Shown here one piece after another: positions 62,132 to 64,000 of a DNA stretch of 64,000 nt (the stretch's first letter is position 1; every line of letters starts with the position of its first letter). This DNA is from Octopus vulgaris (lineage: Eukaryota): the NCBI GenBank assembly GCA_951406725.2, contig OX597817.1, positions 165,168,001 to 165,232,000 on the forward strand, given 5' to 3'. The notes under the pieces are model-generated. The model had not been told where the DNA came from. It saw only the letters and a program-made list of their open reading frames with translations, and did not search any database. Made by a program: the position numbers and the translations under genes.

Positions 62132-62959
62132 GCGTGTGTATGTGTTTGTGTGTGTGTGTGCTAGTGTATGAAAGTATTTATGAATGTAAGTACGTATATT
62201 AGTATGTATATGCATCGAGAGAAAGAGTGACAGACAGACAGACAGACAGGCAGAAAGTGGGAGAGAGAGAGAGACAGAGAGAAAGAAGGAGGGAAAGAAA
62301 GAGACGGGAATGATGAAGGATGAAACAGAACCATTTACAAATACAAGTTCTTTATTTCCAGTCTCGTCAGTCTACAGTATTTGGGCGGATGCCCTTAACC
62401 AAACTCTGTCACTGAACGAAAGATTAATTATCCGAAATGGCTGGAGTTTATTTTCTCTCTAAGAGAACCTGCTTCATTAGAATCTGAATCAAAGACTTTT
62501 CTGTGTTATAACGAATGGCTCGGTTCATGTTCCGTTTATTACTTAATTTATATAATTTGCTCGATGAATTTATTTAGCTGTGAGTTACATTGAATGTGAG
62601 AAGTGAGGCGGTTCCCGCAATGGCTTGGTAAAGAACCTAGTGAATATGGCTGTCGGTCGTAATGTTGGTATTGTATTTGTATTGGTGATGATGATGATGA
62701 TGCTGATGTTGGTGGCTGTGGTTCTGCTGAAGAAGGTGGTCATGATGGTGGGGGTTCGAGATAAAGTTTGTGATAAGCAGTGGTGATTGTTGCTGTTGTA
62801 ATGGTAGTGGTTAAGATGTTCAGGCGATAGTCGTAGAGTATCAGCAAGAGATACAGTTTATGAGGAGGCTGGTAAGAGTGGATATACAGAGTCTAGTATA
62901 TGAGAGAGAAAATCATATTACGTATGTATATGATATATATATATATATATATGAGGTGG

Positions 62960-63267
62960 GGGGGGCGCAAAGGCCCAATGGTTAGGGCAGCGGACTCGCG
63001 GTCGTAGGGTCGCAGTTTCGATTCCCAAACCGGGCGTTGTGAGTGTTTATTGAGCAAAAACACCTAAAACACCACGAGGCTCTGGCAGGGGGTGTTGGCG
63101 ACCCCTGCTGTACTCTTTCACCACAACTTTCTCTCACTCTTTCTTCTGTTGGCCTGCTCGCTTAGCCAGCCGGGTGGCGTCATTTGATGGATAAAACAAT
63201 GCGAAGTGCATTGTGACCAGCGATGTGTAGCAACATCTGATAGCCTGGTCGGTCACGGTGTATCACG

Positions 63268-63270
<3 letters not shown>
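62960..63270 (+). mobile_element. SINE family D variant (D2) with a different 3' tail; inverted tail fragment at 63577-63682
   Basis: First ~185 bp match the family D head and body, then switch to ttggcctgctcgcttagccag...ctggtcggtcacggtg. Confidence 0.82.
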
Positions 63271-63320
<50 letters not shown>

Positions 63321-63322
<2 letters not shown>

Positions 63323-63554
63323 GGAGTAAACACATAAATGTGAAACAAGGTGGAAAAAAGAGTACTCAAATACCAGTGGTAGAGTAATATGCTTTATTTA
63401 AAGAACAGAAAATTCAACAAAACCTGCTACTCTGAGTTTCACGTTCCCGTTTGTCGGACAGTTTTTGCTAGAAAAAACTGTCCGACGAACGGGAACGTGA
63501 AACTCAGAGTAACAGGTTTTGTTAAATTTTCTGCTGCTTTTAAATAAAGTATAT
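63321..63554. mobile_element. P2 element: palindromic (inverted pLTR-like) insertion in (AT)n
   Basis: ~80-bp arms 63387-63466 and 63473-63554; shares its left end with 45396. Confidence 0.8.
63473..63520 (+). ncRNA. Type I hammerhead ribozyme (U4C variant); mutated inverted copy at 63419-63466
   Basis: AAAAACUGU-CCGACGA-ACG-GGAA-CGU-GAAA-CUC-A-GAG-UA-ACAGGUUUU: helix I 8 of 9 bp, helix II with GNRA loop, helix III ACUC/GAGU, GUA triplet. Confidence 0.78.
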
Positions 63555-64000
63555 ATATATATATATATTTTTTTTTTGACCGACCAGACCATCAGATGTT
63601 GCTACACATCGCTGGTCACAATGCGTTTTGCATTGTTTTAGCCTTCGAACGACGCCACCCCGCTGGCTAAGCGAGCAGGCCAATATATATATATATATAT
63701 ATATATATAAGCATCTATATGTATTGGTACATATATGCAAATGGATATATACCTATATATGATGGGTTATTGTATGTATGCACACGCACACACACATATG
63801 TATTTATGTGTGTGTGTGCGTATGTGCTCTTGTGTGAGTGTATTTGTGTATGCATGCATGCAAACGCGTACATATATACACTCATAATAGTACTTTTATT
63901 GTTTATATATTGTTACTTGAAGTTTCATAATAAGCAGTAATATCCAAACAGTCGTCAGACCAAAGAATGCAATATCATAACACATTGTCACAAAAAATGA

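Overview
AT-rich eukaryotic DNA saturated with microsatellites, tRNA-derived SINEs and decayed transposons. The repeat landscape looks like an octopus (coleoid cephalopod) genome; this is inferred, not shown. No intact protein-coding gene is visible, and almost all long ORFs are microsatellite artefacts. Real coding remnants are pseudogenic pieces of RTE and CR1-type LINEs, mariner and maT transposases, and a hAT transposase. Bases 1-~9070 recur at ~14480-~22570 across a 100-N gap, probably as two haplotypes assembled in tandem; they differ by a SINE insertion with a clean target-site duplication (TSD) and by a ~510-bp block. The main signal is a set of hammerhead ribozymes (HHRs) in at least three unrelated small non-coding element families embedded in (AT)n tracts: (1) a canonical type I HHR with a long G-U-rich helix II extension inside a 490-bp partial tandem repeat with a terminal inversion (60834-61590); (2) an inverted HHR pair forming a large palindrome (63387-63554); (3) several 35-nt minimal HHR motifs with helix covariation. 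These look like Penelope-like pLTR derivatives or non-LTR retrozymes. All structures were read by eye; no folding or database search was run.
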